DNA of 64,000 nt. Source: Patescibacteria group bacterium. GTDB taxonomy: Bacteria > Patescibacteriota > Microgenomatia > UBA12405. Location: NCBI GenBank assembly GCA_013387215.1, contig WARW01000002.1:3659-67658 (forward strand), given 5' to 3'. A program made the position numbers and the translations under genes. How positions within the stretch are numbered: the stretch's first letter is position 1; every line of letters begins with the position of its first letter. The notes under the pieces were generated by a model. It searched no databases, had not been told where the DNA came from, and worked only from the letters and a program-made list of their open reading frames with translations. Below are positions 1 to 8,276 of the stretch, piece after piece.

Positions 1-117
1 GGTGAGCAAGTGTTGAATTGCCTGCCATAAGGTTCTTCCAAAACCCATGACTTCCTCGGGTTTGACATCGTACGTTTTGTCGGTGTTTTGACCCCATAGT
101 TTCTGGAGACTATTCAT
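1..117 (-). CDS. hypothetical protein, N-terminal fragment; the gene runs off the window start
   Basis: Minus-strand ATG at 117 preceded by GGAAAGGA RBS (RC of 118-134). Translation MNSLQKLWGQNTDKTYDVKPEEVMGFGRTLWQAIQHLLT stays open to position 1. Confidence 0.25.
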   Translation of the reverse strand, partial: MNSLQKLWGQNTDKTYDVKPEEVMGFGRTLWQAIQHLLT

Positions 118-241
118 AAAAATTATCCTTTCCTGCCGCTATATTTCTTCTTTAATTCTTAAGAAGAGCAGCTTTAAAACTAATTTTTCAATTAATCTTG
201 AAGCTACTTTTCTTAAGAACCATCTTTCTTTGTTAAAGTGC

Positions 242-276
242 AAAAAAAAAGCCCCGCGGTGGGGCATTATTTTGTT
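242..276. terminator. GC-rich hairpin (gccccgcggtggggc) flanked by an A9 tract upstream and a T-rich tract downstream; likely bidirectional intrinsic terminator
   Basis: 5-bp GC stem at 251-265 in an AT-rich background. On the minus strand the hairpin is followed by T9. Confidence 0.4.
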
Positions 277-351
277 TGACTAGATGCATTTTGCATTTCT
301 TCGTTTATAGAGAAGCTTGAGAATAAAGTCAATAAGCTGTTTATTTTTTGG

Positions 352-388
352 AGAAAAAAGCCCTAAATGTTTATTTACAAATAGGGCT
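352..388 (-). terminator. rho-independent terminator downstream of the 406..801 gene
   Basis: Stem agcccta/tagggct (359-365 / 382-388) with a 16-nt loop, followed on the minus strand by TTTTTTCT. Confidence 0.5.
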
Positions 389-405
389 TTGTGGCCATAA
401 TGATT

Positions 406-801
406 TTAATATTCAATGTGTTTGTAGTGGGTTGTCCATTCTGGATAGTATTTTCTGATGGCTTCATCGTAGAAAGCAAAGGCGGCAACGACCAAAGTGA
501 AAGAATAAGTTGACCTTATGTCAGAATAAAAATTGATTCTCATTGTGCCTTCATAGGTTTCATTGTTGGCACTGGCGTCGTATGAGGCGATAATATAATC
601 TTTACAAGCAGATTCTGTTTGGTTTCCAAAGTCAACTCTAAAGTGAAAATGGGGTGTGTCTTCAGTGGCATATTGCTCTTTGATTTCAAGTGAAAAATTA
701 GTTTTTCTTAGGGATTTCGCTAGGGCTTCGAATCTTTCGAGTAATTCGTTGGTAAAATTCTCATCTCTTTTTTCGGGCATAATCCAAATGCGTTTTTCCA
801 T
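406..801 (-). CDS. hypothetical protein, about 132 aa
   Basis: ORF with a strong RBS (AAGGAGGTAAG, RC of 812-822) 7 nt upstream of the ATG at 801. The start is shortened relative to the ORF track (MEKRIWIMPEK...). No recognisable motifs. Confidence 0.5.
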   Translation of the reverse strand: MEKRIWIMPEKRDENFTNELLERFEALAKSLRKTNFSLEIKEQYATEDTPHFHFRVDFGNQTESACKDYIIASYDASANNETYEGTMRINFYSDIRSTYSFTLVVAAFAFYDEAIRKYYPEWTTHYKHIEY

Positions 802-988
802 TTTTCTTACCTCCTTAAAATTTGTGGTCAAAGGTATTACATTGTTATTGAAAGTCATTATGTTAAAGATCTGGTTTGGGCTCATTTGCGTTTAAACAAA
901 CTCAAAACTCCGGTATTATAGCCTATAAATGGGATTATGTCATGTTCCAGGCGGACCAAAAAAAATCCCCGAAAAGGGGATAATTGTG

Positions 989-1072
989 CGGAGGGTATAG
1001 GATTCGAACCCATGAGGGATTTCTCCCACCAGTTTTCAAAACTGGCGCCATGAACCACTCGGCCAACCCTCC
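989..1072 (-). tRNA. tRNA-Ser (anticodon TGA)
   Basis: RC folds as GGAGGGT acceptor, D-arm, anticodon stem CCAGT/ACTGG with loop TTTGAAA (anticodon UGA), long variable arm GGGA-GAAA-TCCC, T-loop TTCGAAT. CCA is not encoded. Confidence 0.8.
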
Positions 1073-1077
1073 AGTTG

Positions 1078-1153
1078 TGGAGCCCAGATTGGAACTCGAA
1101 TCCAAGACCTTCCCCTTACCAAGGGGATGCTCTACCAACTGAGCTATCTGGGC
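1078..1153 (-). tRNA. tRNA-Thr (anticodon GGT)
   Basis: RC: GCCCAGA acceptor, GCTCAGTTGGTAGAGC D-arm, anticodon loop TTGGTAA, T-loop TTCGAGT, discriminator T and encoded CCA. Confidence 0.85.
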
Positions 1154-1202
1154 AATATGGGATATTTTACCAGAAAAGTTTTTGGATATTAGCAATTAGT
1201 TT

Positions 1203-3419
1203 TTATTTAGATCCAACAACAAGTCTGGCCAGCAGATAGGATACAGTTGATTCAGCTCCTTGATGAAGGTTGACGCCGGTAGGAGTGAGACCGTCAAATG
1301 ATCCACCAGTTGTTTTATCGTAAACTTGTTCGCCAAGTAGATTATTGCCCAAAAACCAGTAAAAAGTTTTAAACATTAAATTTTTGTATTTTCTTTTTTT
1401 GGTGACTTTATAGGCAGTTTTTAAGGCTTGAACCATGGCTACCACATCTTCGGGCTGCTGGTCATAATGCTGCCGGTTTTGATCGCCTTTTTGAAACCAG
1501 GTTTTTTGGCCAATTGGTACATAGATGGGGCCTTGGAAAGAATTATTTATCAAAAATTCCAGGCTAGATTCGGCTACTTTTAGATATTGGGGATCTTTGT
1601 TAATTAAATATGATAAAAACATAGCTTCAGGAAAAATACCATTGGCATAAGTTAGGGAATTTTCAAACCACTGCCAATCTGTGTCGGAATTCTTTTTGTA
1701 AAGCGAAAAAAGGTATTCTGAAGATTTTTTAATTATGTCTTTGTAACAACTAATTTGATGCCGGGGTTTTAATAAAGAAAGACCTTTAATAATGAAGGCG
1801 TTGGCTCGGGGAAAATCGTATTGATGATAACCATCGATCCATTTTTGCAATGTTTTAATAGCTTTTTGTTTTAATTTTTTGGGAATTTTAGGTTTGCTAA
1901 TTAGTTCAGATAAAGCCCAAACTGTTCGACCATTGGAATCAGACAGATCAACATTGTGATTGGCTTCATTTTCTAATTCCTGCTGGTAACTTATGTAATT
2001 ATAAAAATGAGATCCAACTTGGCATTGTTCAATAAAGTTTAGATAGGTGTTAGCTAGAGTGAGAGCCGGTTTATTGTTTGTTTCCTGAAAATATTTAGAA
2101 ACGACAATCAAAGCCCGGGCATTATCGTCGACAGTGTAGCCATATTGTGGGTCAGGGTTGGTTAATTTGGCGAACTGAAACAAACCGTAAGAATCTGTCA
2201 TCCGACGGAGATGGTCCAAATTAAATGTCGGCAAATTATGATCTTCAACTGAAATTTGGGGAGCGATGGAATTAAAAAGATTAATATAGGAAATAGCCAC
2301 ATTGCTCCAAAGCATATTTCGGGTGGAAGCATAGGCACAAAAATACATTTCTTCAAGCTGATTTTTGTTTTCAAGCAGTTTTAAAACAGCATCGGCATAA
2401 GCATCGGGATTTCTAAAATCAACGAGTCGGCCAGTGTCGTCGTTAATGATTTCTTTAGCCTGAGAAAAGGCAGTAGAAACAATACAGCGGCCAGTGCCAA
2501 GAGCATAAGAAAGGGTGCCGCTAACAGTTTGATTAGGATCAAGAGAGGTGGAAATATAAATGTCGGTAGCTTGGAGAAATTTAATAATTTCGTTTAAGGG
2601 CAGATAGCGGTCAAAAAACTTAACATTGTTGGTTAATTTAAGATTTTTAACCAATTCCAAAAGCTCTTCACGATACGATTCGCCCTCTTTTCTGCGGACA
2701 ACAGGATGGGTCTGACCAATAATCAAATAGAGAATATTAGGATGTTTTTTGACAATCCGGGGTAAAGCCTTAATAACATACTCGATTCCCTTATTACGGC
2801 TTAATAGGCCGAAAGTTGAAAGGACAATTTTATTTTTGTAGCCAAATTTTACTTTTGTTTGTTGAGGCAAGGTAAACAAAACCGGATGAATGCCGTGAGG
2901 AATGACATTAATCTTATCGGGATCAACTAAATATTTTTCAATTAAAATTTCTTTGGCTAGTTTGGTCAAAACTACGACTTTATTTACTAACCTTAACATA
3001 TCTTTGGTAATTTCCAGCATTTCTGGATCTGGAGATGGGGGAACAGTGTGCATGGTCAAAACACTGGGTTTTTTTAGTTCTTTTAAAAAAGCCATAATGT
3101 TGACTCCCCAAAGTCCACCGTGAATGCCATATTCATGCTGAATATTGACACATCTAACCTGATTTAAGGCATTTATTTTTTGGGCAGCAGATTGGTAGCT
3201 AGCTTCATCATTTTGGTTTATTTCAAAAATAACTTTAGAAGGGTAGACTTGAAAATCAGATTCCGAGGTATTCATGGCAATAATTTTGCTTTTTATTCGA
3301 GGGTAAAAGGTGTTATCAATGGCATTAGTAAGGTCTTGTGTGAAAGTGGCAATGCCGCATTCACGAGGGGGAAAAGTACTTAAATAAACAACCCAAGTCT
3401 GATCAGAATGTTTAATCAT
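1203..3419 (-). CDS. fusion of a GT4-family glycosyltransferase (N-terminal) with a six-hairpin glycoside-hydrolase-like domain (C-terminal, GH15/GH63/glucosylglycerate-hydrolase-like)
   Basis: 738 aa. The N-terminal half reads as a GT-B/GT4 fold (EX7E-type region ...GGLWGVNIMAF..., GT1/4 C-terminal half). The C-terminal ~350 aa has an (alpha/alpha)6-barrel hydrolase-like sequence (YGYTVDDNARALIV..., WALSEL..). Domain calls are from pattern memory only. Confidence 0.6.
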   Translation of the reverse strand: MIKHSDQTWVVYLSTFPPRECGIATFTQDLTNAIDNTFYPRIKSKIIAMNTSESDFQVYPSKVIFEINQNDEASYQSAAQKINALNQVRCVNIQHEYGIHGGLWGVNIMAFLKELKKPSVLTMHTVPPSPDPEMLEITKDMLRLVNKVVVLTKLAKEILIEKYLVDPDKINVIPHGIHPVLFTLPQQTKVKFGYKNKIVLSTFGLLSRNKGIEYVIKALPRIVKKHPNILYLIIGQTHPVVRRKEGESYREELLELVKNLKLTNNVKFFDRYLPLNEIIKFLQATDIYISTSLDPNQTVSGTLSYALGTGRCIVSTAFSQAKEIINDDTGRLVDFRNPDAYADAVLKLLENKNQLEEMYFCAYASTRNMLWSNVAISYINLFNSIAPQISVEDHNLPTFNLDHLRRMTDSYGLFQFAKLTNPDPQYGYTVDDNARALIVVSKYFQETNNKPALTLANTYLNFIEQCQVGSHFYNYISYQQELENEANHNVDLSDSNGRTVWALSELISKPKIPKKLKQKAIKTLQKWIDGYHQYDFPRANAFIIKGLSLLKPRHQISCYKDIIKKSSEYLFSLYKKNSDTDWQWFENSLTYANGIFPEAMFLSYLINKDPQYLKVAESSLEFLINNSFQGPIYVPIGQKTWFQKGDQNRQHYDQQPEDVVAMVQALKTAYKVTKKRKYKNLMFKTFYWFLGNNLLGEQVYDKTTGGSFDGLTPTGVNLHQGAESTVSYLLARLVVGSK

Positions 3420-3547
3420 AAGTATCTATATTATATAAAATTGTATAAAATTTTACAAATAAGCGATAGCTTGAACCAAAATAAAATTTACCTATTTATA
3501 GGAAGAAGATGAAGAAGATTTTTAGAAATAGTTTTAATATTTGAATT

Positions 3548-3623
3548 TGGAGCCTGAAGTCAGACTCGGACTGACGACCTGCTGTTTACAAAACAGCTGC
3601 TCTACCAACTGAGCTATTCAGGC
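3548..3623 (-). tRNA. tRNA-Thr (anticodon TGT)
   Basis: RC: GCCTGAA acceptor, GCTCAGTTGGTAGAGC D-arm, anticodon stem GCTGT/ACAGC with loop TTTGTAA, encoded CCA. The T-loop TCCGAGT is slightly non-canonical. Confidence 0.8.
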
Positions 3624-3714
3624 AAATGATTGACGAGTGTTAAACTTACGTCGAATAATGGTTATTATATCAAGAGTTTCTAAGTTTAATAATTAAGGTA
3701 AAATACTAAGTAAT

Positions 3715-4854
3715 ATGACAGCAAAGAAAAAAATCTTGGTTCTGACAGATCATATGCCTTGGGGACATAGATCCATAGCTAAGGCAATTTACAATTATCT
3801 TAAAGCAAACGAAAAAGATAACAACTATGAAGTAGTTTATGCAGAAGTGGAAGCAAAGACGGGAATTGCAGGAGACATGTATACTTTTGCCTATCGATAT
3901 TTACCAACTTCCAATCGGCTTTTCCATAAATTTTTTAATAATAAGACAGCCAGAGAACTGTTTGAAGAAGTGTCTATTTTGAATTTGCCAAGGCTTAAAA
4001 AGGAAGTAGAACGAATAAAACCTGATTTGATAATTTCGGCTTATTTTTTTCACACTCATTCATTGGCCAAATGGAGAATTAAACATCACAAGCATTTCAA
4101 ATTGTGGAATATTGTGGCTGACCCATGGACTATTAATCCGGTTACTTTTGTCAAGGATGCCGATTTGCATTTGGTATATGACGATGTGACTATGGAAGTG
4201 GCCAAAAATTATGACATTCCAGAAAGTAAGATTATGAAAACTGGATGGTGGGTAAGACCGGAGATGTATGCTAAATATGATCGAAAAAAAGCCCGGGAAA
4301 AATTAGGATTTTGTGATGACAGGCCAGTTATTTTTATCGGCGGAGGCAGTTTGGGAACCAATTCGTTGACTCGAATACTGCCAACTTTAATGCTTTTGAA
4401 ACACAAAGTTGGATTTATTATTAATACCGGAACAGACAAACTTGCTTATAATTTAGTGGAAGAATACACTAAATTATTTAAAAAATTAAGAAAAAGCAAT
4501 GTAGTGATGATTAAAAATTTTGGCTGGATTGATAATATGGCAGAAGTGCTGGCAGCCAGTGATATGGTTTTTGGAAAGGCCGGGCCAAACTTCCTTTTTG
4601 ATGTGATGGCAACTGAAAAACCATTTGTGGCCATTACCCATATTGGCGGACAAGAAGACGGCAATATCGATTTGATCCGTAAAAAAAGATTAGGATGGAT
4701 TAGAGAAAAGAATGGTGAAATTTCCAAATTTTTACTTAAATACTTGGATAATCCAGCTGAGTATCAATGTAAATTTTTGAACAATATCAAAAAAGAGGCG
4801 GAAACAAATCAAAAAAGTTTGCCAATGATTTTGGAAGCAGTCAAGAAAATATAA
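3715..4854 (+). CDS. GT28-family diacylglycerol glycosyltransferase (MGDG-synthase/UgtP-like)
   Basis: 379 aa. The N-terminus KKKILVLTDHMPWGHRSIAKAIY aligns to UgtP KRVLILTANYGNGHVQVAKTLY. PDLIISAYFFH matches PDIIINTFPM. The C-terminal GKAGPNFLFDVMATEKPFV matches TKPGGITLTEATAIGVPVI. Confidence 0.6.
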   Translation: MTAKKKILVLTDHMPWGHRSIAKAIYNYLKANEKDNNYEVVYAEVEAKTGIAGDMYTFAYRYLPTSNRLFHKFFNNKTARELFEEVSILNLPRLKKEVERIKPDLIISAYFFHTHSLAKWRIKHHKHFKLWNIVADPWTINPVTFVKDADLHLVYDDVTMEVAKNYDIPESKIMKTGWWVRPEMYAKYDRKKAREKLGFCDDRPVIFIGGGSLGTNSLTRILPTLMLLKHKVGFIINTGTDKLAYNLVEEYTKLFKKLRKSNVVMIKNFGWIDNMAEVLAASDMVFGKAGPNFLFDVMATEKPFVAITHIGGQEDGNIDLIRKKRLGWIREKNGEISKFLLKYLDNPAEYQCKFLNNIKKEAETNQKSLPMILEAVKKI

Positions 4855-5218
4855 AAAAAATCCCATCAAAGGTTTACTCTAATAGTGGCTTTTCCACGCA
4901 TAAAGATCACGTGGGGAAAACTATCCTTAAGAGCACGCCCTTAAAGAAATCGTCTTCCAAAATTGAAGGTTAGCTAGAAAAAACACCTTCTTAAAGATAC
5001 GCCTTTGGTAGGATTAGCTAATTTTATCATGCAAGCTACAAAGGAAAAAGTAAAAATACTTTAAGACTTTAGTAAAAATTTAACCTAATGTAAGAGGATA
5101 TGGAAGCAAACCGTTTTTTAAAGCGAATTGATAAATAATTTATTTTTAATGTAAAAATAGGCGATAAAATAAGTAAGCAATAGTAGAAAATAATTAAGAT
5201 TATGGTATTATACTTTTC

Positions 5219-5440
5219 ATGAAACAAGCTCAAAAAATCACCAAAGATATTTTAATTTTGGATTTAGTAGAAAAATATCCACAACTAGGAGAAGTCTTAA
5301 CTTTAGATTATGGTTTTCACTGCATCGGCTGTATGGCTGCAGGCATGGAAACTTTAGAACAAGGGGCTGAGGTACATGGGATGGATGAAAAAGAAATCGA
5401 TAAAATGGTTCTGGAGCTCAATAAAATTATTGAAAAATAA
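5219..5440 (+). CDS. DUF1858-domain small protein (hybrid-cluster-protein-associated redox disulfide domain-like)
   Basis: 73 aa with a central HCIGCMAAGMETLEQGA motif typical of DUF1858. Confidence 0.45.
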   Translation: MKQAQKITKDILILDLVEKYPQLGEVLTLDYGFHCIGCMAAGMETLEQGAEVHGMDEKEIDKMVLELNKIIEK

Positions 5441-5445
5441 TTAAG

Positions 5446-6051
5446 CTAAAAAGCTAAAATTCCATAAACAAAACGAAGAGCCGGGGTCATAATGATATTA
5501 GCGAGGTTTGAACCGTTTATGGGTAAGAATAGAAAAGCTAAAAGAATAATATAGCCATATTTCTGGAAAGCTTCTTCCCATTGACCAGAGAGATCTGGAG
5601 GCAAAAGTGCCAAAAGAATTTTGGAACCATCAAGCGGGGGAATGGGAATTAAGTTAAAAACAGCCAAAACTACGTTGGATTGGACTAAAATAGAAAAGAA
5701 AAATGCAACCATGCTGTTAAATCCGATAAACCGGGCAATTAAAGAAATTATGGTGGCTAAAAGCAAATTGCTGGCTGGTCCGGCAAGGGCGATAATCAGC
5801 TCATCGCGTTTGGGTGATTTAAGGTTATAGCGATCAATTTCTACGGGTTTACCCCAACCGAAATGAACTAAAAATAAGAGAATTGTGCCAAGAAGATCTA
5901 GATGATGAAGAGGATTAAGACTCAGACGTCCTTGAGAGCGGGGAGTTGGGTCGCCTAATTGGTCGGCAGCAAAAGCATGGGAAAACTCATGGATTGTGAT
6001 AGCAATGATAATACAAACACCGAATATAACAAGAGAAATTAGATTTACCAT
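5446..6051 (-). CDS. site-2 protease family (peptidase M50) integral membrane zinc metalloprotease
   Basis: 201 aa, multi-TM. HEFSHAF HExxH motif in TM1 plus a downstream LDG motif (IPPLDGSKIL), typical of M50/SpoIVFB-like proteases. Confidence 0.65.
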   Translation of the reverse strand: MVNLISLVIFGVCIIIAITIHEFSHAFAADQLGDPTPRSQGRLSLNPLHHLDLLGTILLFLVHFGWGKPVEIDRYNLKSPKRDELIIALAGPASNLLLATIISLIARFIGFNSMVAFFFSILVQSNVVLAVFNLIPIPPLDGSKILLALLPPDLSGQWEEAFQKYGYIILLAFLFLPINGSNLANIIMTPALRFVYGILAF

Positions 6052-6089
6052 ATTTCAAAAATATTATTGTTTTGATATTATACCTTACT

Positions 6090-6293
6090 ATGAGAACATG
6101 TAGTTTATGCAGCAAGGGTACAAAAGTCGGTCGTAACAGATCACATGCCCAAAATCGTACACCAAGAACCTTCAAGGCTAACATACAAAAAGTTACATTA
6201 ACTGTTGGTGAAGATAAAATCAGCGGTAATTTCTGTACTAAGTGCTTGAAAAGATTGAAGAAAGAAACTCAACAAAAAACGGCGCTTATTTAA
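6090..6293 (+). CDS. rpmB: 50S ribosomal protein L28
   Basis: MRTCSLCSKGTKVGRNRSHAQNRTPRTFKANIQKV matches the L28 signature (C-x2-C ... GNNxSHAxNxTKRxFxPNLQ). Start moved to the ATG at 6090. Confidence 0.8.
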   Translation: MRTCSLCSKGTKVGRNRSHAQNRTPRTFKANIQKVTLTVGEDKISGNFCTKCLKRLKKETQQKTALI

Positions 6294-6325
6294 GGCACCG
6301 CTTTTGTTAAGGTTTAATCCGTCAA

Positions 6326-6424
6326 TTATTTCTTTTTTGCTTTTTTGACGGTCTTTTTCTTAGCTACTTTCTTTACAGCTTTTTTCTTAGCTACTTTTTT
6401 AGTTGCTTTTTTTTTGACTGGCAT
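6326..6424 (-). CDS. 32-aa extremely lysine-rich micro-protein (MPVKKKATKKVAKKKAVKKVAKKKTVKKAKKK)
   Basis: Not in the ORF track (<60 aa). Minus-strand ATG at 6424 is preceded by AGGAGGA (RC of 6431-6437) with a 6-nt spacer. TAA stop at 6326-6328. 18 of 32 residues are Lys. Confidence 0.35.
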   Translation of the reverse strand: MPVKKKATKKVAKKKAVKKVAKKKTVKKAKKK

Positions 6425-6805
6425 ATTTTTTCCTCCTTGTTTTAATTAAAAAGAATTTAAATTAAATGTCAAAAATAGGAATTCCTGTCTTTAGGGATTA
6501 TTTTTGATGGAGGGGAGCAAAATTGGACCAATTTTTTCTAAGTTTTTATTGTAATAATCCCTGTTTTACGGAATAATTTTGATTGCCTAAATTTTAAAAT
6601 ATAAAAAATCAAAAAAATAAAAATTTAAAATTTGCGTAAGGTAGCAGAAAATTCACAATCAATTAATGATGAAAACTACCGATAAATTTAAAAATCAAAT
6701 TTAAATAAAGCCATAGGACAGGAATAAATTTAATTCAATTTTTTGCTTAAAAATATTTTTTGACAAAAAACATTTGTAATATTACCCTTAAATCCCGATA
6801 AATAC

Positions 6806-7669
6806 TTACTTTTTTATGCGATAATATTTTTCAATTTCCGACCATTTGACCGGTTTTTTGCCCTCGATTTGTACCTCAGCAGGGATGACGTTATTAGTAA
6901 CACAGGCGGCGGAAAAGATCTTCATTTTAAAGTTTTCTTGATTTTGATTGGCAACAATGGTCCAGGCGATTGGCCAAGGATTTAGGGCCTGGATGAAACG
7001 AACAATCTTTTGAGAGTCCCAAGACCAATCAATTTTGGCAGTCTCTTTTGAAAATTTAGGGAAATATGTTTTTTGAGTGTGATCTTGAGGAATAATGTTT
7101 CCGGGTGAATTTATATAGTTGGTTAAAACGGATTCTAGGTTTTGAGCAGCCAAGTCAAAAGCTTTTAAGTAAAAAGAAGTGGCGGTTTCGGATGGAGAAA
7201 TATCAAAAGGGATTTGAGAAATAATGGGGCCATGATCGGGAAGAGCGTCGATTTGGAAAAAAGTGACGCTGGATTTAGTTTCACCGTTGATTATCTGCCA
7301 TGGGCCAGGAGTGGCACCGCGGTATTTGGGCAACGGAGAAGGGTGGATATTAACGATTTTGTATTTTGGTATATCAATAAGCTCTTGAGTGAAATATGGC
7401 GGCCCATAGGCGACTACAAGGCCAATATCAGGGTTTAATTCTTTAAATTGGGAAACAAAAGTTTTGTCAAAATCTTCGGGTTGAAGCAAATTTAAATTAT
7501 TGACCCGGGCAAAAGCAGCAACTGGGTTAGAGGTGATAGTTTGGTCACGACCAGTGGGCTTGTCGGTTTTAGAGACGACAGCAGTAATCTTGAAAGAGTT
7601 AATTTCTAAAAGTTTTTTAAGAATTGTGACTGAGTATTCGGAAGAGCCGAAAAAAACTAGATTGACCAT
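6806..7669 (-). CDS. fmt: methionyl-tRNA formyltransferase
   Basis: 287 aa. N-terminal formyltransferase domain (VFFGSSEYSV..., HPSPLPKYRG = HxSLLPxxRG motif) plus a C-terminal Fmt domain. Divergent from def. Confidence 0.85.
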   Translation of the reverse strand: MVNLVFFGSSEYSVTILKKLLEINSFKITAVVSKTDKPTGRDQTITSNPVAAFARVNNLNLLQPEDFDKTFVSQFKELNPDIGLVVAYGPPYFTQELIDIPKYKIVNIHPSPLPKYRGATPGPWQIINGETKSSVTFFQIDALPDHGPIISQIPFDISPSETATSFYLKAFDLAAQNLESVLTNYINSPGNIIPQDHTQKTYFPKFSKETAKIDWSWDSQKIVRFIQALNPWPIAWTIVANQNQENFKMKIFSAACVTNNVIPAEVQIEGKKPVKWSEIEKYYRIKK

Positions 7670-7715
7670 AAGTTAGATTATAACTTATGATGGATTGATT
7701 TGGTAAAATATACAG

Positions 7716-8276
7716 ATGAAAAAGATAGTTATCTATCCTGCAGATTGTTTAAGAGTTAAAACTAAAAAATTAGAAACCGTAAACCCGGAACTCTTGGAGG
7801 ATATAAAAATATTATCGAAAATATTGGAAAAAGGCGAAAATGCGGCGGGTTTGGCGGCGACTCAATTAAATATCAATAAAAGATTTTTTGGAATAAAAAA
7901 TAGTGCCAAAAATGAAGTAAATATTTTCATAAATCCTAAAATTGAAGAAACTTACGGCGAAAAAATATTTCCGAAAATTATAGATAAGAACGATAATGAA
8001 GAAGATTTTTTGGAAGGATGTTTGTCTTTCCCAGATTATTATGGAACCGTAAAAAGATATCTGAAAATAGATGCCAGCTGGCAAGAAATCGTTAAAGGAA
8101 AACTTATTAGCCGAAGAGAAATTTTAAACGGATTTGAGGCTATTGTGTTTCAACATGAACTTGACCATTTGGATGGAATCTTGTTTATTGATCATGTTAA
8201 AAATGATCGAGGAAAGTTTTTCAAATACATCAACAAAAAAATGGTTGATTGGGACGTAAATAAAATTAGTTTTTAG
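7716..8276 (+). CDS. def: peptide deformylase
   Basis: GCLSFPDYYG (motif 2, EGCLS) and HELDHLDG (motif 3, HExxH) are present. TAG stop. Confidence 0.9.
   Translation: MKKIVIYPADCLRVKTKKLETVNPELLEDIKILSKILEKGENAAGLAATQLNINKRFFGIKNSAKNEVNIFINPKIEETYGEKIFPKIIDKNDNEEDFLEGCLSFPDYYGTVKRYLKIDASWQEIVKGKLISRREILNGFEAIVFQHELDHLDGILFIDHVKNDRGKFFKYINKKMVDWDVNKISF

Noticed and set aside
6294-6325. Intrinsic terminator after rpmB
   Set aside because: Only an imperfect 6-bp stem (cggcgc/gcaccg with a mismatch) before CTTTTG. Too weak to report as a feature.
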